From positions 3,762,778 through 3,826,777 of the forward strand of contig NC_134030.1 in the NCBI RefSeq assembly GCF_964204645.1: 64,000 nucleotides of DNA, read 5' to 3'. Positions 1-13,100 of the stretch are shown here, one piece after another. Position numbers and translations under genes: made by a program. The notes below the pieces were generated by a model. The model had not been told where the DNA came from. It ran no database searches and saw nothing but the letters and a program-made list of their open reading frames with translations. The stretch's first letter is position 1. The number at the start of each line of letters is the position of its first letter. The DNA comes from Tubulanus polymorphus (taxonomy: Eukaryota > Animalia > Nemertea).

Positions 1-1702
1 CAGCAGGCCCAAAAATTTAAAGATTGAAAACCACAGCACCAGCATTCACAATAAAAACACATTTGACAAAAACTCGCGCCAATTTAACAGATTATGACAT
101 CTTGTATCCTTTTTAATATTTGAAAAATACTTGCGGGCTTTAATGAAATAAAATCTGGCGCCTTACTATGAGATGAGATTTTACGCCAGTTTATAGCAAG
201 AAATCTCGCGCCATTTTATAAGATGAAACTTCTGAAGAATAACAGTGGTGCATCATCAAGACTACACAGTAGCGAGGTATGTTTATAGGTTTTAGGTGAC
301 AGCAGGCCCAAAAATTTAAAGATTGAAAACCACAGCACCAGCATTCACACTTAACATACATTTGACGAAAACTCGCACCATTTCAATGGATGATGACATC
401 TTGTATCCTTTTCGATATTTGAAAAATACTTGCATGCCTCTATGAATTAAAACCGCGCGCCTTTCCATGAGGGGAGATTTCAAGTCATTATATGAGAACA
501 AATCTCGCGCCATTTCATTGGATGGAATCAAACAGGAAAAACCACAGTTTATCAAGACAACAAAGGAGCAAGGTATGTTGTAGGTTTTAGGTAACAGCAG
601 CTTCAAAACTTCACCGATAAAAAGAGCACAGCACCAGCATCCACACTTAACACACAATTGATGAAAACTCGCGCCATTTTAATAGATGATGACATCTTGT
701 ATCCTTTTTGATATTTGAAAAACACTCGCGGGCCTCTATGAAATAAAACCGCGCGCCCTTTTTATGAGATAAAATCTCGCGCCATTTTATTAGATGAAAC
801 TTCTGAAGAAAAACCACACTGCATCAATACTTCACAGTAGCAAGGTATGTTTATAGGTTTTAGGTAACAGCAGCTTCAAAACTTAACAGATAAAAACCAC
901 AGCACCAGCATCCACACTTATCACACATTTGACAAAAACTCACGCCATTTTAATAGATGATGACATCTTGTATCCTTTTTAATATTTGAAAAATACTTGC
1001 GGGCTTTAATGAAATAAAATCTTGCGCCTTTCTATGAGATCAAATCTCGCGCCATTTTATTGGATGAAATCTAACAGGAAAAACCACAGTTCATCAAGTC
1101 AACAAAGGAGCAAGGTATGTTTGTAGGTTTTAGGTTTCAGCCTTAAAACTTCACCGATAAAAAGAGCACAGCACCAGCATCCACACTTAACACACGTTTG
1201 ACGAAAACTCGCACCATTTTAATAGATGATTTCTTCTCGTATCCTTTTTGATATTTGAAAAATACTCTCGCGACTTTATGAAATAAAGTTTTGACCCATT
1301 TGATGAGAGGAGATTTCGCGCCATTTTATTGGATGAAACATCTGAAGAATAACAACAATGCATCATCAAGATTACACAGTAGCAAGGTATGTTTATAGAT
1401 TTTAGGTGACAACAGAACAGCCCAAAACTTTACAGATAAAACTACAGCACCAGCAGCATCAACACTTCACACATTTGTCAAAAATTCGCGCCAATTTTAA
1501 TAGATGATGACATCTTGTATCCTTTTTAATATTAACAAAATACTCCGGGCTTTTATGAAATAAAATTGCGCGCCATTTTATGAGAGATTTTAAAAGATGA
1601 AATCTCGCACCGTATTATGTGATGAATCGTGCCTTTTTAAAGGTGATTAAATCTCAGGTGAAAATCCACAGTGCATCATGACTACGCAGTTCCAAGGTAT
1701 GT
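1..1702. repeat. Tandem satellite, ~270-300 bp unit, ~6 diverged copies (cut by window edge)
   Basis: Unit start cagcaggcccaaaa/cagcagcttcaaaa recurs at 1, 300, 595, 868, ~1137 and ~1411. Recurring internal blocks: acagcaccagcatccacacttaacac, gatgacatcttgtatccttttt, tctcgcgccatttta, aaggtatgttt. Confidence 0.95.
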
Positions 1703-3302
1703 TTTTTCTTAGGGGATGGCCCCAGACCTGCGTTCTGCGTTCAAAACGAAACCACCCACATATTCCTCTCGCTACGGGTCTCAAATTGGATATGTTCGAA
1801 CTTGGGCAGACCGAGGCAATGATCATTGCCATAGTATTCATTGCTAACGCTGCCCCCACGATATCGCCTTTTGTGCTACTCCCATCGGTACATCATAAAT
1901 TTCTAGAGACGTATGTTTTCAAAGCCTTCATTAAACTGGCTAGGGGTTATCGATGAATTAGGTCGAGGGTTTCTTTCAACAGTATGCTCTTATTTTGACT
2001 TTAGAGGTGGTAGAAGAATCTGGAATAAATTTCTTCTCCTTTTTATACGGGGCATTAAAAACAGGCAGTCGATTGACGAATGAACTGAACTTAATAAATG
2101 CATAACAAAATGGCACTTGCATCTAGTAAGCAAAACAGAGTTTCTCTTGGACCTATCACCAATCGTTCTAATCTTTGCTGTCCGGATGATGATACCCCAC
2201 GGATTATGGCTTGGTTCGAATTCGTGCATCAAGTATCGAATGAGATGCGAATATTGCGAAAAGATCATTTCAATCCGTCCATAATCATAAAGAGAAAAAA
2301 TAATTAAGCCTTCTTTCAAATGCTATAAATCTTTCTATTTACAACTGAGTTTGAACAATAATACATGACCTATTACATGTAAAGTACAATCGACAAACCA
2401 TACAAAATTTACATAGGTTTAACAACTTCAGGTTTAACAACTTCAGCTACCCTTCATTTGAGGAGTGTTACTCATCAACAAATACGAAGATTAAAGTTAC
2501 GAATGGTAAGTTAATTATTCTCGAGTTCTTTTCGTTGACTAATTATTACACAAAAATTTCTATATGCACAGATCTGTACTTTCTGAAACCCTTAAATATG
2601 TGATGACGAAACAATGACTAGATTAAAAGATGGTGGACGATGTTTGGAAGATTGCGAAAATGACACTTCTATATTCAACAATTACACAACAAAACGTAAT
2701 ATTCTATTATCAGAAGAACAGAAATCTTTTCTAGAGGTTTTAGTCACTAGCCGTTGGATAACATTCGTAATTTTCAATTCATAGAAATTGTTGGTCCTAA
2801 GAAATCATCAATGGTCGTATTAGGTTATGAATGATATTGTAAGGTTTTACTGTAATGGTCAGTATTTTTTGATATGTCATGATAAATATCAATATGTACC
2901 TGAATAGGTACAATACACATTCATTCATACACTCCCTAAAATTAACATTCTAGACATACATGTATTATGCCACTCATTGTGAGAGCAGTTTTCAGACTTT
3001 TCAAGTCAAATTAAACAGCCCCAAAGAAAATAAATAATCACATGCTTCGTATTCAACATTCATATTTCAATAAATTAAACATTATCAATTATTGATCACA
3101 GAATAATACTATAAACTAATCTAAGAGATATTACATGAAAAACACCGGTTGACTATAGTGTATCAATAACAGCAGACTCGGCACTTCCTTAAGTCAGCAA
3201 GCAATTGGTTGAAATATTTTTCTTTCCCTAAATTAGCTGAATTCAGATACTACTCAAGTAAAATTTCAGTCCAAAAAGATCCAACCTGAACCGAGTCTAC
3301 TG

Positions 3303-3429
3303 GGGCCAGTTGCTCAAAAGTTGGTTAAAGATAACCGGCCGTTAAATACCATAGTAACAATGAAATTTCAATTGTCACCATATCAACCAACCACTGGTTA
3401 ACTCCAACCAACTTTTGAGCAACCGGCCC
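3303..3429. mobile_element. MITE, ~25 bp TIR, CTG TSD (PIF/Harbinger-like)
   Basis: gggccagttgctcaaaagttggtt ... aaccaacttttgagcaaccggccc, with ctg on both sides. Confidence 0.85.
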
Positions 3430-4162
3430 CTGGAGTATAAGCAAGTTCCAGCTATACATGATAAAGAAGGTACGTAGAGCCTGTTGCAGTTTTGCCATTT
3501 TGATTAAATATGGTATCAAGGTTTTTTTATTTCAAATCAAAACTTTCATTCATTTGAACATAAAAATGATCTGAGATCTAAGCAACAAATTTAACGAACA
3601 ATGCCCTGTGAAAAACAAGATATGCTCTAAGACACGAAAAAAAAATATTCTTTTTCCAGTAACACAAATGTTTGTTTTTTCAGTCACACAAATCGTTCGT
3701 AATTGTTTTATACGGTGAAAACATTAAATAGAAGACTCTCGAGTTTTAGAAGTAAAAACGTTATATCCCTTTATAAGTTTATATCACAATATCGCAATCT
3801 AAGCCGAAGTCTTTGGTTGCAGTTCCGTAGTCCCGCTGGACACAGGTTGATGCACTGTCTCACAGTACGCATAGCACTCAAACCGGTTTAAAAGCCATTG
3901 ATATCCATTCACAGTGTCACGCATAAATTCAAATAATCCTCATTTCAACTTCGACCGGAATATCTACTGCACTATTCTAAATCTAGCGCTCCTGCAAATA
4001 TTTCTAAATTCTCTTTTTGGCATTGGTGGTTACCATAGTAAACTGTCACGAGCACAGATAGAGAGTTTGAGAGAGAGAGAGAGAGTGGCTGCCACGATCT
4101 GTAAGTTTGGAAGTACGCATACACGATACAGGAATAATTCACACGAGTCCGGGGGTAGAGTC

Positions 4163-7100
4163 TTAACTATTCGTAGCACCACCAGATGTCGCTGTGTTGC
4201 TGGAATGCTCGCCGTGAGATCGGTCAATACTTTTCTGTAATTCAACTAACGTTGTTTTCATCTGAAATGAAGAAATAAGTTCCATACGATTGGTTAAGCT
4301 ACACTGTGTATTGGACAATACATGGGCAGATTAAGGGGGTGGTCTCACAGGGATCCCTGCATTCCCACAAGAGGTTGCCCTTTTTGCCAAGACAGAGATC
4401 ATTAAAATGTACAATTTGACATTCATTTCTCTCTGATATTACATATTTTCGAATAACTTTCTTCAAAAAAAAAAAACGAACAGTGGGGAGGAAAACTTGT
4501 GGCATTTGACGAGGCTGCTTCATCCAGGAAATGCTTTATATACTTCAGGATCTCTGCCTTCCAATTTTCCTATATCCACCCCAGCAATACGCTCTATAGT
4601 GCCTTGATACTGTGCTGCTCAACTCTATTCACAAATCAGCACTGTCAAGCCTCGAGAAGACTAACAGCTAGATTTTCATGATTTTTGAGGCAGGATCCCC
4701 TACCCATGCTGTTTTTGTATTAAGTATCTCATACTTCCCTTGTCAGAGGATAAAAATGTGCCTTATTTCAAGAGTTATTGCCTCCTGTCTGGTTCCACCC
4801 TGGATTTGGCACGTGTCTACAATGGATTGCCTAGATGACGCATTGAAGGTACATACCTGTTCAATTAGAGTAATAGACGAGCCTAAAATTCCTTTCCAAC
4901 GTTCCAGTTCATTGTCATGTAAATACTGCTGCGTTTTCAATAATGCTAACCATTCCTCTTTATTCTTCGGATATTTCCTAGTAGAAACAACAAAAAGAAA
5001 CGGATTTCATTTCTGAATTTTTCAATTTTTTGAACGCAGAATTTGATCTCACTCATCACTCACCCTAGATCGTCGAATCTATAATGATATTCGGCGGGGC
5101 GATGAAAACGCGCAGACTGAGACTCCAGGGTCCATAGTTTATAGTACAATAAGCCATTAAACAAAATCAATACCAACAAACTGAAATAACCATGATTTTA
5201 GGATCTCGTTATTCAGTAAATACAGATGAGAGAATTCACATGGGGATCATTCATTTATTACGTATGCATTAAATTTGACTTGAACATTACAGTACGCAAT
5301 TGCACTTACCACTCCCCCTCCCCTAATGTGTATGTAATAAATGAATGACCCCATGGTCTTATCTGTCATTAAAAAGAATAATTAAAATCCATGCTAATGA
5401 GAACAGAGAAAACTTGTTTAATCAAAAGCTTTGATGAACAAATTTGATTATAGATGAACAGATTTGATTATGAAATGATAGACTAGATTTGATTTGGGTG
5501 AAGTATTCTAGCACATACTGGGGCTGAGACTAGATTATTAGTGGATTGATTAGCTATTTCTTGATTGCGGGATTGTGAAACTAATTGGAAGATCAATAAC
5601 GCACAAGTGCCTCTTACCAAATGCCGAGTATTCGTACAAGCGTTTCGGCGTTTAGTCGAACTACCCATTCTTCCCTAACGATTGCTCCTTTCATCGCAGT
5701 CGGTGGCCCGACGATTGTATTAACGTCCGGTGTAGCTCGAGACGTCACCTGATTGTCCGTGATACTTTGCCCGCGACGTTTACGCCGTACTTTCTTTTTC
5801 ACCGTCTGCTGTCCGGCCAATATGGCTGCTTTATCGGATTCATCGCGTAACTTCTCAGCTAATAACGACATAGATCAATATCAATTAAACATAATAAGAC
5901 ACTAAAGTAAAACTCCAAAGGACCAATGAAAAATAGGTGTTAAAATGAATTTGGTGTTTTAAAGAATAATTTTCATTGAATTCTAGTTCAATTTCTCTTA
6001 AAGGTTTTGGCAGTTCGTGAGCAGTGGCCTTAGAAAGGGTAGCTTTAATTGAAAACTGATCTGATAAATGAGTTATCTAGACAAATCAAATCTCTTGCAC
6101 ATGGAGTTGAGGGACTATTCAAAACGATTGTACGCAAAATTGCGTTGATTTTTGCTGAACATGCTTCGACCCAACAACGTAATTTTCAAGTATGATGTCC
6201 ATAGGGAGCAGTGGCCAATGATCCAAAATGTTGAGAACATTAACTAGTATTTGGAAGATCTGAAAATCCAGGGCTCACATAAATGATTGATAAAAGGACT
6301 TACCCAACATTTGAAAATGTTCGTTCAATCCTATTGTGCAGTTCTTGTCGATGATTCCTGGATAATAAATATAGACTATTATTTGACTATTGTAAGAGGA
6401 AGCGAATTAGACGATAACAGCTGCAGGTATTGATATGACTGGGGTGGGGGCGGGGGGGGTTGCGGATGGGGGGAGGTAAATAAGATATCAGCCTGATGTC
6501 CCACTCCATTCTTTTCACAGCTCAGAACTGTGTAACCGGCTTTTGAGCACCATGGCAGCACCAGATCAAAAGAACAAATGTGACTTTCCATTAAAAAGAA
6601 TATATATCTCCTTACCGCGCTGTGCATTGTAGCGAACAGAGGGGAACCTATCCATATTGGTGCCCACCATCCGTTCCAACTAAGTTCTATATGAATATAT
6701 GCGTATTGATGGTCCCTGCAACACTGTGTATAATGATTGTCACCCAGCACAGAAATACATAGAAAACACATACTGCGACTACATCAATCAGCCATAAATG
6801 CTTATATCATATTTACATTATGTATATGTAGTATATATCTGCGAGGCCCTATTTCAGCAGATGATTTCAGTGCCAACAAAATATCATAATATATTCCATC
6901 TAAACATATGTCACATTCATATTACCGCAACTGTGGCTGTTTAAATAGTTAACCGTCTCAATTACTGAAGTCTCAATAAACATTGTTTTAATCCAATACG
7001 CTAGCTGCTGTTATTAATATTATTACTTTCATTCCGTATGAACGTTTTCGTTCAAACTGCTGTTTAACGTTACGTAATTATTGGCAATGCTTTCGATTCT

Positions 7101-10100
7101 GTTCTACAGCTTCTATCTTTACATACGGTGGTTTAATAACGTTTTATCGAATCCCGATTTGAAATGAAACCTTGTCTGAACTGGTTACCGACCAATTCGT
7201 ACTACGTAAGTATTACATGTAAGTATTACACGTAGGAGTGATAAAAATTCCACTGGTTTCCATTCATGATGATCCCTATTAGTGAATGATTGAGCAAATT
7301 ATCATAGTGTTTAATAAGTGAACTTTTATTAGGTCAATGGGTATTCATGTACTAAGAGCTAATGAATGTTCTATTTACATTATGTAGTAGTAGTGGAGTA
7401 GCGGAAAGGAGACAATCCTTTTGATTTGTCAGTTTTGAAATGAAGCCAAATATCCGCGTAGTATTTATTCAAGCCAAGAGATAATTCGTGGAAGTGTTTG
7501 AAGAAGTGTATTCAAAAACAAAATACCAGACTCATTGAAGTGTATTTATTTGTAGGCGGAGTTGAAATGAGTTTAACTCAACGAACTGAACGAAAAAAAT
7601 GTGAATGAATTGAGTACTAGTGTACGCGCTATTGGAATAAAGAATTCACTGCAAGCATGAAAAATTCCTAAGCAAAATACTAGAATAGCTTCCATAAATC
7701 CCCCAATGACATCACAAGGCAAAATTAGATCAATGATTAGACGACAAAAATGAAATAAAATATTCATTATCATCATCATCACCATGTACTATCATGTTAG
7801 TACAGTAAACCTAGCCTTACTCATAGGTTGAGTACCGACAACTTGGACAAAAATTGAATATTTTTCCGACATCCTAATGTATTGTTGTCCTATCCTCAAC
7901 TCGGACCAATCATGCCAATCCCACTCGGTCAGAATAAGGCGAGATTAACTGTATAGAGTACTTTTGTAACTATCAATAGGATGCTGGCAATGCTACAATG
8001 GCACGTGAGGATTCAGCGATGATCCACCAGGATCGCTAGTAGCACTGGGTTACCGTGCTTCAAGTTCCTCCCATATTTCAATTAAATTTCAGTAAAATAT
8101 AAACAATACACTGAGTGAGGAAGCAGATCGGATTTGGAAGCCTAAAGATCAAGTTCAAATTTCATTAAAAATTAACTGATTGTTAAAACAAATAACCCAG
8201 TGTTTTGTTGCGCCATCTGGAGAGTGCTGGTATCCCATTTCTTAAGGGCACGGGACTCGGGCACAGCTCATGTGGTTGTCCCGTGTCCATCTGGATCATT
8301 AAAGAATTGTATCTTCTCGTTACTTCGTTCTTCTTAATAGAGGATTTTAAAATACAGTGAAACCCGTTTAATCTGGATTACGACTTAATTAGGATATCAT
8401 TTACAGATAAATATATAGAAAATATGTTTGATTCAGACTTTTCATAAACCCGTTAAATTTCATAAGTCCCAAATTATCAGAATTATGCGGGTTTAACTGT
8501 TTTTGAATAATGGATCAAATTGATCTGTGGAGGCGGCAATATTTCTTGCAAAGGTCTATATACATACAGTGTACAGTATGCTCTGCCTAGAATCTCCAAA
8601 ATGTTATCAGTATAGACAAATACCGGTATAGATTTTTGGATTTTTTCGCAGTGACAAACAGTAGGGACAGAAAATCTTTTGATTATACTACCAGTTTGAA
8701 TGGATTTCTGGATAGACCTGCACTGCTATAGGAGTCTACTGTTGAAAAATAATACAAACCTTTCACCATTCCCCAGACGGATTTCTTGTACACGATTTCA
8801 CTGGTGACTTTCAGACGACATTTCAACGTATTGACGCGCGTAATGCAGTATCTATTCAGAATACCGAATGAATCTCCGTACGGAATGCGACCATTTATAG
8901 TTTCACAATCTATCACATAGATCACTCCCGGTTTACTGTGCGAGTAATACAACTGCAATTAAGAACATGGAAAGGAGGATTAATTTCTTGCATATTTAAT
9001 CATAAATTTCTATGGGACCGTTCATGTGTAAGCCATAGCTTGGACCTTAATGTCAAAAAGCATAAACTCTATCTGCGTACATAGCTCTAGTCAGTGTTTA
9101 AAACAAAGCGTACCGGTACGTATTTGATGAATCAAAATGCAATAGTATTTGACTTGTATATGTAACAGGTTGACATCAAAATCCTAGATGATTTTGTCTA
9201 TGCCACCCTCTATGTTTAGATTATACGGCTAGACACGTTTAGAACAAAACTGACTTTGACCTAAACCTGGGGCTTTTTATTGGGTAATGTAACTAAAGCC
9301 GCCATCACACAAGCATTTTTGCCAAATTTGGCCCGTGCCAAAAATGTCGGACCAGGCCCGAGCCAAATTTTAGCACCAGACAAATGATTGCATTTGAATT
9401 GCAACTGGCACCGGAAATGATCCACTTCGCTTTGTTTGAGCATTGTTTAGTATCGAGTGAATGGTTTGTGTGTGAACGCGCTCTCTAATTAGGCACGGGC
9501 CAAATTTGGCCCGAGCCTGATCCGTGCCAATTTGGCCCGGGCCAAATCGTCCCGTGTGATCGTGGCTTAAGATGGTGAAACATTGCTTACCTAAGGTAGG
9601 AAGTTATCAACAATGCAGTGCAATGTGCGCACACAAGGCAGAACCTTAAAATTATGCTCAATTTTTATTTACATACATACTCTATGAATGGTCCGTATAG
9701 ATTATTACAAACACACAGTGAATAAGAATTTGGACTTAAATATTTGCTCAAATTTTAACGGGTTATTTCACAGCTGTCATGCTGGTTTATATTCTCTGAA
9801 TGAACGGTACCTGTTTCTCAGTTGTGGTCGCTACTTTCGGCCCGAACGAAGCGTTCAGAGTAACCGTGTACGTTATCTCCCTGTTTCGGTCGCCATTTGC
9901 ATCCGTTTCATCTTGCCACGGATTCAAAATCAAATCTGAATGAAATAATCATGCTTTTTTTCTAAACTTTCAAATACATACATAGTAGCTAGAATGTCTC
10001 GGGAGCGTGGGCACCAATAGAAATGATATCTCAATAATACAGTAGAATAGCCACACTCAGAAATGGAGAAATTGATATTAAGATTAAAACCCACTAGTCT

Positions 10101-13100
10101 CCCAGAAAGAGACAGAGAGTGTGAAACATTGTGTCTTTTAATTAACTCTCGACTTAATTAATTCTTGATAAACAATTTTGCTTCAAATCTAAATTTGTAT
10201 TGAGTGGGTTTTTTAACTTGATATCTCAACAAATTCGCCATCTATCAGTGTAGAGTCATACTAAAAGTAAATAACACAAGATAGAGAGCACGACCGTTAA
10301 GCCCAACGCACACGGCAAAACATTTGTTCCGCCGAAACAGAAAACGTTTTTTGCTCGTGAAAAACGTTTTTAAGTTTGGCGTTTTGTTTTGCCTCCCCCG
10401 CACACGGCATAACAAAAAAACATTGAAAACGTTTTTTCACGAGGAAAAAACATTTTTTCGGTGCCATGTGCGTTGGGCTTAACGATTAGGGCTCCAGTTC
10501 TAGATACGTACCGAAGATTTTCCGAATATCGTAGAATTCACGGAAGAAAGCGCTGTCCGTGAACAAATTGTTGAACATCGTGTCGACGTTTATATGGAAT
10601 ATTTCATCTATCATTGTCAGATGTAAATGATCATGACCCGCGCACGTCACTTCCCCTTAAATGAGACATTTAAATTAAACTGAAAGTCTACTGAAGTCAG
10701 TTATAAGGCGACGATAAGAGAAAAATCCACAATATTGAAAAAAATGCTATGAACCGTATTAAAAAACGGAAAAATAATTGTTACCATTACAACTGTTTTT
10801 GGTAATGAAGCAGTTATGAAAATTGCTCACTGCAATTTACTTGAAACTATGGGAACTTTCATAGTACTCCATTTCTTTGAGTTTTTCTCTTAAATGACAA
10901 TACTGACACTGATATAATACTTACCCTCGCTACAATCTGTATTATCGCTCACATCAGTTGGAATATCCGCGTCCGGAGGAGCCGAATTCATATTCTTATC
11001 GACGCTCTTTTTCTGATTGTTGTCGTTGATTTTCGTCGGCCCGGCATCGACGTCGCAGCTTTCGCCGTCGTGAAGCTCTTCGACACCTGATGGCACCATC
11101 GAATCGTTGTCTTTTCCGTCGACAAATGAATCGTTTTCCTCATTTTGAAACTGATCCTAAAAAACGAAATTTACATCGCAATTAGAACACACTGCGTTTC
11201 AAGGTACTCTTGTAACTCTTAGTACCACATTCTGCGATGAATCATTGAAAAGCAGTTTCGAAAATCTAACAAAATCCCGTCCACCACAATTTGAGGGTTC
11301 CAATACTAGTAACCATTAGTTTAATTTAATCGACACATAAGTGTATGAATTAGCTGATGAATTTTTCAATATATCCGTAATAAGCATAACTGCACGGCTT
11401 GCTGAGGACTTCACATCTACCAGTTGACGTGTTAAGTCTAAACTAAAACTCAAAACCTGAATTTTACAATTAATCTTCCTAATCCAATTCTACGATCGAT
11501 GAAGAAACTTCAGAAAAAATGATATGAACCTGTCATAGTTAGGAGCTGCTGATATACAGTACTAATCCATGAAAAATATAACAAAAGTGATAGTTCACAA
11601 TTGATGACTAATAATTAAAGATTATTGCACCTGATGATGGCTGCAACAGTCAAAACATTGTGACTTCAATAAACTCTTTAATTCTTAGTCGCCAATTGTG
11701 GGATTTTGCTTTCACCTCCTTTCATCTTTTTATCCTTCCTCTCGGCCTTCTCGTCACTGAACGAAAACCATCGGAAGAAACTAGAGGATAATTGTTGACA
11801 ACGCACAGCTGCTTATAGATTATATAGACAGCGTTACACGTAATGTATACGTGCGTATGAGAGGATAATAATAACACATATAAATCAATTAATCGATCTT
11901 GAAGGGTGGCTTATTATTGTTACACACGTCGTCTATGTCTACCCGGTAACGTTAACCCTTTTAAAAATATCTAAACGTGGCGAACTTCACTCGAATAGCC
12001 GCGAGCACACGAAATATATTCGCCACGCCACCGCCGCACGCAGGCGAGCGCACGCGTGTAGAGTCTGCATTCGATACTGAACTAACCAATTAAAATATGT
12101 ATTCGAACACGCAACTTCTAATTCTCAGACCCGATGGAATTATATTTTCAAAGATCAATTCTTCTGGCTATATTATATATTAACAGCTGGTGAAACTTAT
12201 TGAGGTTTGATTATTATCAGTCAAAATGACAAGCATCCAATAACGATTGGTATGTTCGAGGTTAACAAAGCACTCGAAAACAAACACCTTTTTCACTTCT
12301 TTTTATGGCGTATGTGACATATGGATGTTTGTTATTTCTTAATGCATTCCAAAAGCTAGGGTAGGGAGAGCATGGGCCCACAACTGCTAACGATACTGGT
12401 TCTTTAAAAAACCTCCACTCTGAAAAAATGGATCTAAAATGGCTGCTTGGAATTCATACCTTTTCGTCGGACACATTCCACTGACAGTGATTCAATCGAC
12501 TTTTTAACGGACCCCAGATCAAATTCAAGGCCGGAGATGATGAACTTCTACGCTCGAGCAGGACTGAATTGAAAGTAGTTGAACTCGTAGATTTGTGAAC
12601 GCGACGAAATGTGCTGGGCGAAGATGGAAAACATGTCAATAACGCTTTACGCTTCGTGCTGACCCCGTTCATTTTTTGGCGCCGCGATTTCAATTTTGGT
12701 CCGTCAGAAAAATGCTGGTGTTTGTCGTCGACATCTAGCCATCTATTGTCAAAAGTGATTCCCGACGCACTCCGCATCATGATTTTCGATATCAGACTTA
12801 TCGAAAATCACAGTTGTTTCGACTCTGAAGTCTTGATCAGTTAAAAGAACTACTTCTACTACAACAATTCGATAAAAATAGTACTTCACAAATTATTCTT
12901 TCGTCCCCACAGCAATTGAAACAATGACAAATCATCAGAATGAACCATCTACAAACATTGCATATTCCTATTCCAAGTCACAGAACACTCTTAGCTCAAC
13001 ACAACGCTCAGTATCCTCAACATCCCAAAAAGCTGTCTTTCTCTCTCATCTGCCAAATGCTGAGTGTCAATTTCATTACCAAGCGATATTCCTGAATCAT

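Noticed and set aside
316-1369. ORFs within the satellite
   Set aside because: Frames are not preserved between repeat units.
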